A DNA stretch of 63,621 nucleotides, counting the filler. It is 6 parts of 6 records of this genome, joined end to end, with 100 filler letters (N's around TTAATTAATTAA, not from the genome) between each part and the next. Parts side by side here need not be neighbours in the genome. Positions count along the whole stretch, not along the records: positions 11,477 to 23,112 come from SRR31156797_8945; positions 23,213 to 35,173 come from SRR31156797_8946; 4 more parts are not named here. The stretch is one strand, 5' to 3'. Every line of letters starts with the position of its first letter. The stretch's first letter is position 1. A model generated the notes under the pieces. It searched no databases and was not told the DNA's origin. It saw nothing but the letters and a program-made list of their open reading frames with translations. This document shows, in pieces, positions 17,638 to 26,684 of the stretch. The translations under genes were made by a program, and so were the position numbers.

Positions 17638-18942
17638 CTAGCGCTCCAGTTCGTGGAAACTTTCTTCCAGTATGGCCAGCCCTCTTTCCAGCTCCTCATC
17701 AGAGATGACAAAGGGCATCAGGGTCCGGATGACATTTCCGAAATTACCGCAGGAAAGAATGATCAATCCTTTTTCATAGCAGAGCCGAACCAGTTTTTTG
17801 GCCTCTTCGGCAGCAGGTTCCCTGGTCTCCCTGTCCTTTACCAGCTCCATGCCCAGCATGGGGCCTTTTCCCCTGACGTCACCGATGATTTCAAACTGAT
17901 GGGCAAGGGTTGTAAACCGGTCCCAAAGGATCTTTCCAAGGGATTCAGCCTTGGACAAAAGATTGTCTTCAATCAGGATGTCCAGCACGGCCAGGGCTGC
18001 GGCACAGGAGACCGGGTTGCCGCCGTAGGTTCCGCCCAGGCCGCCGACATGGGGTTTATCCATCAGATCTGAACGGCCGGTGACGGCGCTTAAAGGCATG
18101 CCGCCTGCAAAACTTTTTGCCAGGGTGATCATATCCGGTTCAACACCCCAGTGCTCAATGGCGAAGAACTTTCCTGTTCTTCCCGCACCGGCCTGAATTT
18201 CATCAATGATCAGGGGAATGTCGTATTTTTCACATATGGTTTTCAGCCTGGGGAAATATTCCGGGGGCGGGGTGATGAACCCGCCCTCTCCCTGGATGGG
18301 TTCTGCGATGACGGCAGCCGTATTCTCAGGGGCGACATTGCCGATGAAAAAGTCTTCCAGATGGTCTGCGCAGGCGGTATTGCAGGCAGGATATTTCAAA
18401 TTAAACGGACAGCGGTAACAATAGGCATAGGGCATTCTGTATATTTCAGGTACAAAGGGCCCGAAATTCAACTTGTAAGGTTTAACTTTACTGGTCAGGC
18501 TCATGGCCATCTGGGTACGTCCGTGAAAGGCATTCTCAAAACAGATGATCCCTGTTCTCTTTGTGGCATATCTGGCTATTTTAACGGCATTTTCCACGGC
18601 TTCGGCCCCGGAATTGGCAAACATCGTCATCTTGTCAAAATTACCGGGGGCAAGGGCGTTTAATTTTTCCGCAAGCTCCACATAGGGTTCATACATGGCC
18701 ACATGAAAGCAGGTATGGATATACGATTCTGCCTGATCCGCTATGGCCTTTACAACTTTCGGATGGCTGTGGCCGACGTTGTTGACGCCGATACCGCCTG
18801 CAAAATCGATATACGTCTTCCCGTCCACATCCGTCATACTTGCCCCTTGAGCCCTCTTAATGAACGCAGTGGTGGTATTAAAAGGACCCTGGGGAATATT
18901 TTTGTTTCTTCGTTCGATGAGCTCGCAGCTTAGCGACGACAT
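17638..18942 (-). CDS. gabT: 4-aminobutyrate--2-oxoglutarate transaminase
   Basis: DFAGGIGVNNVGH, HTCFHV..YEPY, NSGAEAVENAVKIAR, EPIQGEGGF, AKSFAGG, GGLGGTYGGNP. Confidence 0.9.
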   Translation of the reverse strand: MSSLSCELIERRNKNIPQGPFNTTTAFIKRAQGASMTDVDGKTYIDFAGGIGVNNVGHSHPKVVKAIADQAESYIHTCFHVAMYEPYVELAEKLNALAPGNFDKMTMFANSGAEAVENAVKIARYATKRTGIICFENAFHGRTQMAMSLTSKVKPYKLNFGPFVPEIYRMPYAYCYRCPFNLKYPACNTACADHLEDFFIGNVAPENTAAVIAEPIQGEGGFITPPPEYFPRLKTICEKYDIPLIIDEIQAGAGRTGKFFAIEHWGVEPDMITLAKSFAGGMPLSAVTGRSDLMDKPHVGGLGGTYGGNPVSCAAALAVLDILIEDNLLSKAESLGKILWDRFTTLAHQFEIIGDVRGKGPMLGMELVKDRETREPAAEEAKKLVRLCYEKGLIILSCGNFGNVIRTLMPFVISDEELERGLAILEESFHELER

Positions 18943-18967
18943 AATAGTCTCCCAAAATAATTGAGTA

Positions 18968-19009
18968 CGGCTGTTCCAGCCCGGCTGTTTCAGCCCGGCC
19001 GTTCCAGCC
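18968..19009. repeat. three tandem 14-bp units, each a GGCTG-N3-CAGCC mini-palindrome, in the gabT leader
   Basis: CGGCTGTTCCAGCC CGGCTGTTTCAGCC CGGCCGTTCCAGCC. Confidence 0.85.
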
Positions 19010-19103
19010 TATTTATGCAGCAAGTTTGATTTTTGTCGATTTTGCCGATTTGATGGCTTGACTTTGCAATATCAAATCGACGAGACGACCCCTATCGACC
19101 CAA

Positions 19104-19130
19104 ATAATACTATTAATATTCGATTGTCAA
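19104..19130 (-). promoter_or_regulatory. possible sigma70 promoter of the gabT operon
   Basis: minus strand TTGACA - 15 nt - TATTAT; the spacing is short, so this is tentative. Confidence 0.4.
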
Positions 19131-19320
19131 CCATTATTTCCATATTCACGTACGAAAACATCACTTTTGTATGTTAAAATCGAATATTCGAAATTCGAAC
19201 TTGTTTTCCAATCCCCTGCCGTGCTAATACGTCAATTAACAGACCGCCGTGTCAGAGACTGACAAAATAATGGCCTAAAAATTTCTTTTAAACCCTGTTA
19301 CAAAATTATTGAGGTGATTT

Positions 19321-19770
19321 TTGAATTTAAATGTCGATGATATTGATGCCCAAATTATAAAAATACTGAATGCAGACGGCAGAACCCGCAATACGGAAAT
19401 TGCAAAACAACTGAACTTATCGGAAACAGCCATCCGGAAACGGATTAAGAAACTTCTTGATGATGAAGTGATTCAAATCGTAGCCGTTATCAACCAGGAA
19501 AAACTGGGATATATAATCGGAGGCAATATAAAAATTAAAACCGACATCAAAAAAACGGATGTGGTGATCAACAACCTGAACAACCTGGAAGGAATCTGGT
19601 ACATTGCCCAGCTTACCGGGGCCTACGACTTTGATGTGGAATTCAGGGCAAGATCCAATGAAGAGCTCAATAAATTGATCCAGAAAATCAATTTAACCGA
19701 AGGCGTTCTGGAAACCCACGTATCCTTCCGGCTCAAGTTAATCAGGAACCGGAACGACTGGGAAAAATAG
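19321..19770 (+). CDS. Lrp/AsnC family transcriptional regulator
   Basis: DDIDAQIIKILNADGR..IAKQLNLSETAIRKRIKKL HTH; TGAYDF in the RAM domain; TTG start with GAGGTG RBS; divergent from gabT. Confidence 0.92.
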   Translation: MNLNVDDIDAQIIKILNADGRTRNTEIAKQLNLSETAIRKRIKKLLDDEVIQIVAVINQEKLGYIIGGNIKIKTDIKKTDVVINNLNNLEGIWYIAQLTGAYDFDVEFRARSNEELNKLIQKINLTEGVLETHVSFRLKLIRNRNDWEK

Positions 19771-19832
19771 AATGACCGGCACTGGCGGATCAACCTGCCG
19801 ATCATGGAATTAGCAGATAAAAACGGCCGAAA

Positions 19833-22790
19833 ATGAAACCGACACCAATGAATCAAAAATCGTCTCGGTACAAAGTATTCCATAAACTGATGCAGAAAAA
19901 AGTCAGGCAGATCCTCCTGGTCTCCACCTCCTATGAGGCCTGGGTTCTGGAGGAGGACGGCCGGCTTTCAGAGCAGATTACAAACGAATATAAGGGGTTG
20001 AATCTAAGCCACCCCCCGCAGTTGAACTGGGTTTCCTCCCTACCCTGCGCCCTGGAACAAATTGAGCATACCCGGTATGACCTTGTGATCATCATCAGCC
20101 GCACCATAGACACCAAGGTGTATGAAACAGGAGCCCGGATCAAAGACAAAGCCCGGGACATGCCTGTGGTCGTATTGTCTCATCAGGAATCCCCGCCTGA
20201 AAACCATACCCGGTTTCACGCCATGTCCTCGCATATTGACCAGATTTTTTTCTGGTCCGGGGATGCCGGTATCCTGCTGGCCATTATCAAGTGTATCGAA
20301 GACCGGATGAATGTATTTGATGACACCCGCCGTGCAGGCATCAGGGTGATCATCTTTGTTGAAGATTCACCGTTTTACCGGTCATCCATCCTGCCGATCT
20401 TATACAAAGAGCTGGTGGTAGAGACCCAGGCGGTCATTGATGACGGCCTGAACGAGGAACACAGGATCCTGTATATGCGTGCCCGTCCCAAAATCCTTTT
20501 GGCCGGATCATACGAGCAGGCCAAAAGGTTATACGAACAATTCAAACCCTATGTCCTGGGCGTAATCTCCGATGTAAGATTTCCCTCAAACGGCGGTATT
20601 GATGCCAAAGCCGGGCTTAAACTTCTCCGCTACATTAAAGGGGATCGATTTGACATCCCCTTGCTCCTGGCCAGTTCCGAACCGGAAAATGCCCTGCCGG
20701 CATCAAAAATCCCTGCGGTTTTCATCGATAAAAACGCCCGGACCCTCAGAGAAAAAATCGCAGCCTTCCTTATGGACCATCTCGGATTCGGATCTTTTAT
20801 CTTCAAGCTGCCCGACGGTCGGAAAATAGGAACGGCAACCGACCTGTATACCCTTGAACAGCAGCTGCGGACCATTCCGGATGAGTCTTTTGTATTTCAC
20901 TGCCAATGCAATGATTTTTCCAGGTGGTTGTTTTCCCTTGCTGAAGTCGAACTGGCATCAAGACTGAGGCCCCTGAGGAATACCGATTTCAAAAGTGTCG
21001 AAAACCACAGGCAGCACCTGATCAGTCTCATCCAACACCATCGGAAAAACCGCTTAAAAGGGGTTATTGTAGACTTTGACCCGGACAGGTTCGATCCGGA
21101 CACAAACTTTTCCAAAATAGGGAAAGGCTCCCTGGGGGGTAAAGCCAGGGGGCAGGCCTTTATATCATCCCTGCTGAACAGATCCCCTGAACTGTTGCAG
21201 GAGGCTGAAACCGTGGATATCTTCGTCCCCCAGACCCTTGTGGTCACCACCCAAGGATTTGACACCTTTATCCGGATGAACCGTTTTGAAAATTTCGTTC
21301 TGGAAGACAATAGCGATGACGTCATTGCAGACCGGTTTATGGCGGCGGATTTTCCGGAACCGCTCCGTTCAAAACTTGCGGCATATCTTAAGACCATAGG
21401 CTACCCTCTGGCCGTCAGGTCGTCCAGCCTTTTGGAAGATGCGCAATTCAAGCCCTATGCCGGATTATACAGCACCTATTTCCTTGCCAATGACCATGAA
21501 GACCTTGACTGCCGTGTCAACCAGCTGGTCGATACCATCAAGATGGTATATGCCTCCACGTATTTCAAGGCACCAAAGGCCTTCTCCGCCAGTGTGGGAA
21601 ACAGGATGGAAAATGAGAAAATGGCTGTCATCATTCAGCAGGTGGTTGGCCGCCGTTACCAAGACTCTTTTTATCCCGCCGTCTCCGGTGTTGCCCAGTC
21701 AACAAATTACTACCCGTTTTCAAAAATGAAGCCTGAAGACGGGGTTGTCAGCATGGCAATGGGGCTGGGTAAGGCTGTAATGGAAGGGGAAAGAACTTTG
21801 CGCTGCTGCCCGCGGTTCCCCGGGATCCTGCCTGACCGCTCGACCATTGAGGACATCCTGGAAAACGCTCAGCATGAATTCTACACCCTGAGAATGAACG
21901 ATCCGGAATGCCGTATCGGAATGAACCAAGCGGTCACCCTTGAAAAAAAAGAGATTTATGCGGCAAAACACCATGATGTGGTGCCGCTTCTGACCAGCAC
22001 CTATTTTCCCCAGGACAACCGCATCCGGGATATTTCCTCTTCATCCGGCTATCCGGTACTGACCTTTGCCCCACTGCTGAAACAGAGGCGGTATCCGTTC
22101 CTGAGCATCATTACCAAATTGCTTGACACGGCAAAAAACGAGTTCGGATGCCCTGTTGAAATGGAATTTGTCCTGGATCTGCCCTCAAATAGTAATGCAG
22201 CGGCCGGATTTGCAGTGGTCCAGGTCCGTCCCATGAGTGCAAAGCAAGACACTGCCGACATCCATATCACCGATAAAGAGAAAACCTTGGCATTCTGCCT
22301 TTCGCATATGGCTTTGGGAAACACGGCTGATGATAAAATAAGGGATGTGGTATACGTCAGGCCCGATAATTTTGATCCCGCTAGAACAAAAGAAATTGCA
22401 GATGAGATTTCCGGGATCAACGCCTCATTAAAGAGGGCAGGCAGAAAATACATACTCATCGGACCGGGACGGTGGGGATCTTCAGACCCCTGGCTGGGCA
22501 TCCCGGTAAACTGGGAAGCCATCAGTCATGCGGGATCCATTGTTGAAGCAACCCATCCTTTGATAAAAGCCGATCCCTCCCAGGGATCCCATTTTTTCCA
22601 TAACATCATTGCCCTTGGGATCAATTATCTCACCCTGGTTGACGGCCCCTCCGACCGCATGGATTACGGACATCTCAACGGTTTGGAGCGCATCTGCTCA
22701 ACCCGGCATGTGATCCATGCCAGATCATCTTCCGGCCTTATCCTTAAAGTCGACGGCCGAAAAGGTATCGGAGTCCTCTATGAAACCTGA
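19833..22790 (+). CDS. PEP synthase/PPDK nucleotide-binding-domain protein with receiver-like N-terminus
   Basis: GSLGGKARG, PLAVRSSSLLED, YAGLYST, EKMAVIIQ, PVEMEF, VQVRP, IGPGRWGSSDPWLGIPV, PSQGSHFFHN; no phospho-His swivel domain or PEP-binding barrel recognised. Confidence 0.8.
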   Translation: MKPTPMNQKSSRYKVFHKLMQKKVRQILLVSTSYEAWVLEEDGRLSEQITNEYKGLNLSHPPQLNWVSSLPCALEQIEHTRYDLVIIISRTIDTKVYETGARIKDKARDMPVVVLSHQESPPENHTRFHAMSSHIDQIFFWSGDAGILLAIIKCIEDRMNVFDDTRRAGIRVIIFVEDSPFYRSSILPILYKELVVETQAVIDDGLNEEHRILYMRARPKILLAGSYEQAKRLYEQFKPYVLGVISDVRFPSNGGIDAKAGLKLLRYIKGDRFDIPLLLASSEPENALPASKIPAVFIDKNARTLREKIAAFLMDHLGFGSFIFKLPDGRKIGTATDLYTLEQQLRTIPDESFVFHCQCNDFSRWLFSLAEVELASRLRPLRNTDFKSVENHRQHLISLIQHHRKNRLKGVIVDFDPDRFDPDTNFSKIGKGSLGGKARGQAFISSLLNRSPELLQEAETVDIFVPQTLVVTTQGFDTFIRMNRFENFVLEDNSDDVIADRFMAADFPEPLRSKLAAYLKTIGYPLAVRSSSLLEDAQFKPYAGLYSTYFLANDHEDLDCRVNQLVDTIKMVYASTYFKAPKAFSASVGNRMENEKMAVIIQQVVGRRYQDSFYPAVSGVAQSTNYYPFSKMKPEDGVVSMAMGLGKAVMEGERTLRCCPRFPGILPDRSTIEDILENAQHEFYTLRMNDPECRIGMNQAVTLEKKEIYAAKHHDVVPLLTSTYFPQDNRIRDISSSSGYPVLTFAPLLKQRRYPFLSIITKLLDTAKNEFGCPVEMEFVLDLPSNSNAAAGFAVVQVRPMSAKQDTADIHITDKEKTLAFCLSHMALGNTADDKIRDVVYVRPDNFDPARTKEIADEISGINASLKRAGRKYILIGPGRWGSSDPWLGIPVNWEAISHAGSIVEATHPLIKADPSQGSHFFHNIIALGINYLTLVDGPSDRMDYGHLNGLERICSTRHVIHARSSSGLILKVDGRKGIGVLYET

Positions 22791-23112
22791 AAAAAGGACT
22801 GGATATAACATCCGGCAATCAGGTAAACAGACCACATAATTACGAATGTCATTAAAGTATCAGAACCCGGCTTCACTGGTCGTCATCACTTGGATAATAC
22901 ATCATGTGCACAAAACTGGGTTTGATTCGAAAAAACCGCCCTCTGTCTGTAAGAGCCCCGATTTTGGGTTTTAGGCCCACCACAATCATGGGGCCGGTCT
23001 GTCCGGCCATCCCACCCCGGTGAGGATGAGATCGTATTCTATACAGACCTTTGGATGGGAGAGGACACCGGCCGGAGGGGCAGCGGTTTCCCCTGCCGGC
23101 ACCAGGCCCGGC

Positions 23113-23212
23113 NNNNNNNNNNNNNNNNNNNNNNNNNNNNNNNNNNNNNNNNNNNNTTAATTAATTAANNNNNNNNNNNNNNNNNNNNNNNNNNNNNNNN
23201 NNNNNNNNNNNN
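23113..23212. other. artificial contig-joining spacer
   Basis: N44-TTAATTAATTAA-N44. Confidence 0.98.
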
Positions 23213-23213
23213 G

Positions 23214-23738
23214 GCCACCCAGAACCCCATCGAACAGGAAGGGACCTATCCCCTGCCTGAAGCCCAGGTGGACCGGTTCATGCTCAAGGTGGTCATATCC
23301 TACCCGTCGGTCTCCGAGGAACGGATCATCCTGGACGTAGTGGATACAACCGAGCCGGCACCCAAGGTGAATCCCGTGGTCCAGGTGGAAGACATCCTGA
23401 GGTCCAGGCAGGTGGTGAACACCATCTACATGGATGACAAGGTCAAAGACTATATTGTGAGCCTCGTCTACGCCACAAGGGAACCGGAAAGCTACGGTCT
23501 CGACCTCTCACCCTATATAGAGAACGGCGCATCTCCCCGGGCCACCATCAACCTGAAAACCGCCAGCAAATCGCTGGCCTTTCTTCAGGGAAGGGGTTAC
23601 GTCACCCCGGAAGATGTGAAATCCATCGCCATGGATGTGTTGAGGCACCGGGTGAGCATCACCTATGAAGCGGAGGCCGAATCGCTTACCAGCGAAGATA
23701 TGGTCACAAAAATCCTGGAAACCATTCCGGTCCCCTGA
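23214..23738 (+). CDS. moxR: MoxR family AAA+ ATPase (5'-partial)
   Basis: frame from the contig edge reads [34 protein letters not shown]. Confidence 0.92.
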   Translation, partial: ATQNPIEQEGTYPLPEAQVDRFMLKVVISYPSVSEERIILDVVDTTEPAPKVNPVVQVEDILRSRQVVNTIYMDDKVKDYIVSLVYATREPESYGLDLSPYIENGASPRATINLKTASKSLAFLQGRGYVTPEDVKSIAMDVLRHRVSITYEAEAESLTSEDMVTKILETIPVP

Positions 23739-23782
23739 GGGAGTCGGCAAAAGCCCGCACACTGTAAAAAAAGGAAGGCATC

Positions 23783-24694
23783 ATGGATACCCACATCAGC
23801 AAGGAAATTCTTCAAAAGGTCAGGCAGGTGGAGATCAGGACCAACCGTCTGGTGGATGACACCCTGGCCGGCCATTACCACTCGGTCTTCAAGGGCCGGG
23901 GAATGGATTTTGACGAGGTTCGGGAGTATGTGCCCGGCGACGACGTCAGAACCATTGACTGGAACGTGACGGCCAGAACCGGCAGAACCTATATCAAAAA
24001 ATTCACGGAGGAGCGGGAATTGACCATCATGCTCATCATTGATGTGAGCGCTTCGGGTGAATTCGGATCCGCCTCACACAGTAAACGGGAAATGATGGCC
24101 GAGATCGGCAGCGTATTGGCCTTTTCCGCCATGCGTAACAACGATAAGGTGGGGCTGGTACTCTTCACGGACGATGCGGAGCTCTACATTCCACCGGGCA
24201 AAGGCCGTTCCCATATTCTAAGGATCATCCGGGAAATCCTCTTTTTCCAGCCCACCGGAACCGGTACCAACATGGCGGCCGCCATGGATTTCACCAACCA
24301 GGTGATCAAACGACGGGCCGTGGCGTTCCTCATTTCGGATTTCTGTCTACCGGGGGATTTTGACGCAACCCTGAAAGATCTTAGACCCAAGCTTCGAATT
24401 ACCGGACGTCGTCACGACCTGGTGGCCGTTTCGGTGGGCGATCAACGGGAACGGGAACTTCCCGATATCGGATTGATCACCATTGAGGATTCGGAGACCG
24501 GTGAACAGGTGGAACTGGACACATCCCGCCCGGACATCCGGTCCGGATTCAAGAAGCTTTCGGAAAGCCGCCGGAACAGTCTCAGACGGGCCATCCGTTC
24601 AGTGGGCGTGGATATGCTGGAACTTTCCACGGAACGTTCCTATCTGGCGGACTTGCGACAGTTTTTCAGTTCCAGGGAAAGGAGACGCCACTGA
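23783..24694 (+). CDS. DUF58 domain protein
   Basis: SVFKGRGMDFDEVREYVPGDDVRTIDWNVTAR, EEREL, DVSAS, ISDF. Confidence 0.92.
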   Translation: MDTHISKEILQKVRQVEIRTNRLVDDTLAGHYHSVFKGRGMDFDEVREYVPGDDVRTIDWNVTARTGRTYIKKFTEERELTIMLIIDVSASGEFGSASHSKREMMAEIGSVLAFSAMRNNDKVGLVLFTDDAELYIPPGKGRSHILRIIREILFFQPTGTGTNMAAAMDFTNQVIKRRAVAFLISDFCLPGDFDATLKDLRPKLRITGRRHDLVAVSVGDQRERELPDIGLITIEDSETGEQVELDTSRPDIRSGFKKLSESRRNSLRRAIRSVGVDMLELSTERSYLADLRQFFSSRERRRH

Positions 24695-25659
24695 TGACGC
24701 GGAACACTTTCAAACAATCGGCCATAGGGGCCATTTTGATCCTGGCCATGGGGTTGTTTCTGGGTGAAGGGATGGCCTTTAGTGCGGTGGGAGCCGAGGC
24801 AGCACCCCAAAAGGCCCCAAACAATACCGTTACAGCCCCGATTCCGTCAAAACCGGGGGCCGCCATAACGGTGCCCAATACGAACCCTTCCGGACAGGCC
24901 ATTTCACCCCAAACCGCAACCCCCAATTTGAACGGCGCCCCCTCATCCTGCCCCCTTTCCCTATCAACGGGGCCCAAAGGGGATATTCGAGACATACGGG
25001 GGCCCATTCATATTCCGGACCCACGACTCTGGCTCTTTTATGCATTGGGTGGCATCCTGTTGCTTTTTCTGGCCTGGGCGGTCTGGAAATGGTTCAAACA
25101 GCGAAAAACATTCCGGTCCAGGGAAGCCTTTGAGATTGCATTTAAGGAGTTGGAAAAGGCCAAAGCCTTCATGAGGCCCGAAACGGCGGAAAGATTTTCA
25201 GTGATGGTATCCGGAACCATACGGACCTACATTGAAAAACGGTTCGGGATGATAGTAACGCGTAAGACCACACACGAATTTATCACCCGGGTCGCAGCCG
25301 AACCCTCCAGCGAACTGAACCAACACCGGGAACCGTTGCGGGAATTCTTAAACCACTGTGATCTGGCCAAATTTGCCCGCCGGGCTTTCAGCGAAAAGGA
25401 GATGCTGAAGATGCACCAAAGCGCCTGGCGGTTTGTGGAGGAAACCCGGCCGAAACCCGAAGAAAAAGAAGTGGAAGATAAGGCTTCACCCGCTAATGTT
25501 GACCCCATGGACACGAAAACCCTTCGGGACAACCATAGGGGCAAAAAAAGATTGTTCAAAGGGGGTCTTAAGGAAAGGTTTCCGTGGAGCATGGGAAAGG
25601 GCACCGGAGAGCGGGGTTTCAACGGCTCCCATCAAGTTGTAACGGCAGGAGGTAGATAA
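24694..25659 (+). CDS. bat-operon membrane protein (DUF4381-like) with Pro-rich N-terminus
   Basis: signal peptide, P/A/T-rich linker, IRDIRGP, TM helix, RTYIEKRF..TTHEF..DLAKFA. Confidence 0.7.
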   Translation: MTRNTFKQSAIGAILILAMGLFLGEGMAFSAVGAEAAPQKAPNNTVTAPIPSKPGAAITVPNTNPSGQAISPQTATPNLNGAPSSCPLSLSTGPKGDIRDIRGPIHIPDPRLWLFYALGGILLLFLAWAVWKWFKQRKTFRSREAFEIAFKELEKAKAFMRPETAERFSVMVSGTIRTYIEKRFGMIVTRKTTHEFITRVAAEPSSELNQHREPLREFLNHCDLAKFARRAFSEKEMLKMHQSAWRFVEETRPKPEEKEVEDKASPANVDPMDTKTLRDNHRGKKRLFKGGLKERFPWSMGKGTGERGFNGSHQVVTAGGR

Positions 25660-26658
25660 ATGTTTCATTTCGATCATCCGGAAGTTTTGTGGTTGCTGGC
25701 GCTGCTACCGCTCCTGGCCCTTCTAAAGGGCCGGAAAGGGAAGGCGGCGGCCATACGGTATTCATCGGCCCAAACCGCCAAGGCCATCGCGGGCGCCCGG
25801 AAATCACGGGCCGGAAAATGGCTGGGGACCTTGCGAATCCTTGCCCTCTCGGCACTGGTGATAGCTTTGGCACAACCTCAAATGGTTCATGGCACATCCC
25901 AAGTGGACGTGGACGGCATCGATATTATCCTGGCGGTGGATGTCTCAGGCTCCATGGAGGCCCTTGATTTTACCATCAACAACGAACCGGCCAACCGGGT
26001 GGAGGTGGTCAAGCAGGTGGTGTCCAAATTCATTGAAGAGCGGCCCAATGATCGTATCGGCCTGGTGGCTTTTGCGGGAAGGCCCTATATGGTCAGCCCG
26101 CTCACATCGGATCACAACTGGCTTCAAAGGCGCCTTCAAACCATCCGTCCCGGCATGGTGGAGGACGGAACAGCCATCGGTTCGGCCCTGGGCGCCGGCA
26201 TCAATCGGCTGAGGGATCAGATAGCCAAATCGAAAATCGTCATTCTCCTGACCGACGGCATGAACAATGCGGGCAAAATCCTGCCGGTGACGGCGGCCGA
26301 AGCGGCGGAAACCCTGGGGATTAAAATATACACCATCGGGGCCGGTTCGCGGGGAGAAGTGCCCGTTCCCGTGACCGATCAATTCGGCAATCAAAAAATC
26401 GTTCGCGCCAAAGTGGACATTGATGAAAAAACCCTGAAACAGGTGGCGCAAATGACCGATGCCGAGTATTACCGGGCCACGGACACCGACTCGCTGGAAA
26501 AAATATACAATGATATCAATAAACTTGAAACAACCACCCGAAAAATAAAGAAATTTGAGCATCGAAACGAGATGTTTTGGTGGGCTGCCCTGGGAGCGCT
26601 CCTGCTCATGGGAATTGAGTTGACACTGAATCAGACCCGGTTTCGGAGATTGCCTTAA
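25660..26658 (+). CDS. batA: BatA vWA domain protein
   Basis: FDHPEVLWLL, ALAQPQ, MIDAS DVSGSM, DRIGLVAF, GTAIG, LLTDG, IDEKTL. Confidence 0.88.
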   Translation: MFHFDHPEVLWLLALLPLLALLKGRKGKAAAIRYSSAQTAKAIAGARKSRAGKWLGTLRILALSALVIALAQPQMVHGTSQVDVDGIDIILAVDVSGSMEALDFTINNEPANRVEVVKQVVSKFIEERPNDRIGLVAFAGRPYMVSPLTSDHNWLQRRLQTIRPGMVEDGTAIGSALGAGINRLRDQIAKSKIVILLTDGMNNAGKILPVTAAEAAETLGIKIYTIGAGSRGEVPVPVTDQFGNQKIVRAKVDIDEKTLKQVAQMTDAEYYRATDTDSLEKIYNDINKLETTTRKIKKFEHRNEMFWWAALGALLLMGIELTLNQTRFRRLP

Positions 26659-26684
26659 AACGCTTTAAGAAAGGAAATAGAACC

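Noticed and set aside
17637-17711. ORF-track N-terminal extension of the stand-alone AOR (similar cases at 41659, 42965, 44640, 47368 and 62044)
   Set aside because: The extensions overlap upstream genes, terminators or intergenic DNA; downstream ATGs fit the family N-termini better
22949-23112. GC-rich, hairpin-rich contig end beginning GTAAGAGCCCCG, possibly an IS terminus
   Set aside because: No transposase motif in the frames I translated and no second end is visible; cannot be supported without an ISfinder search
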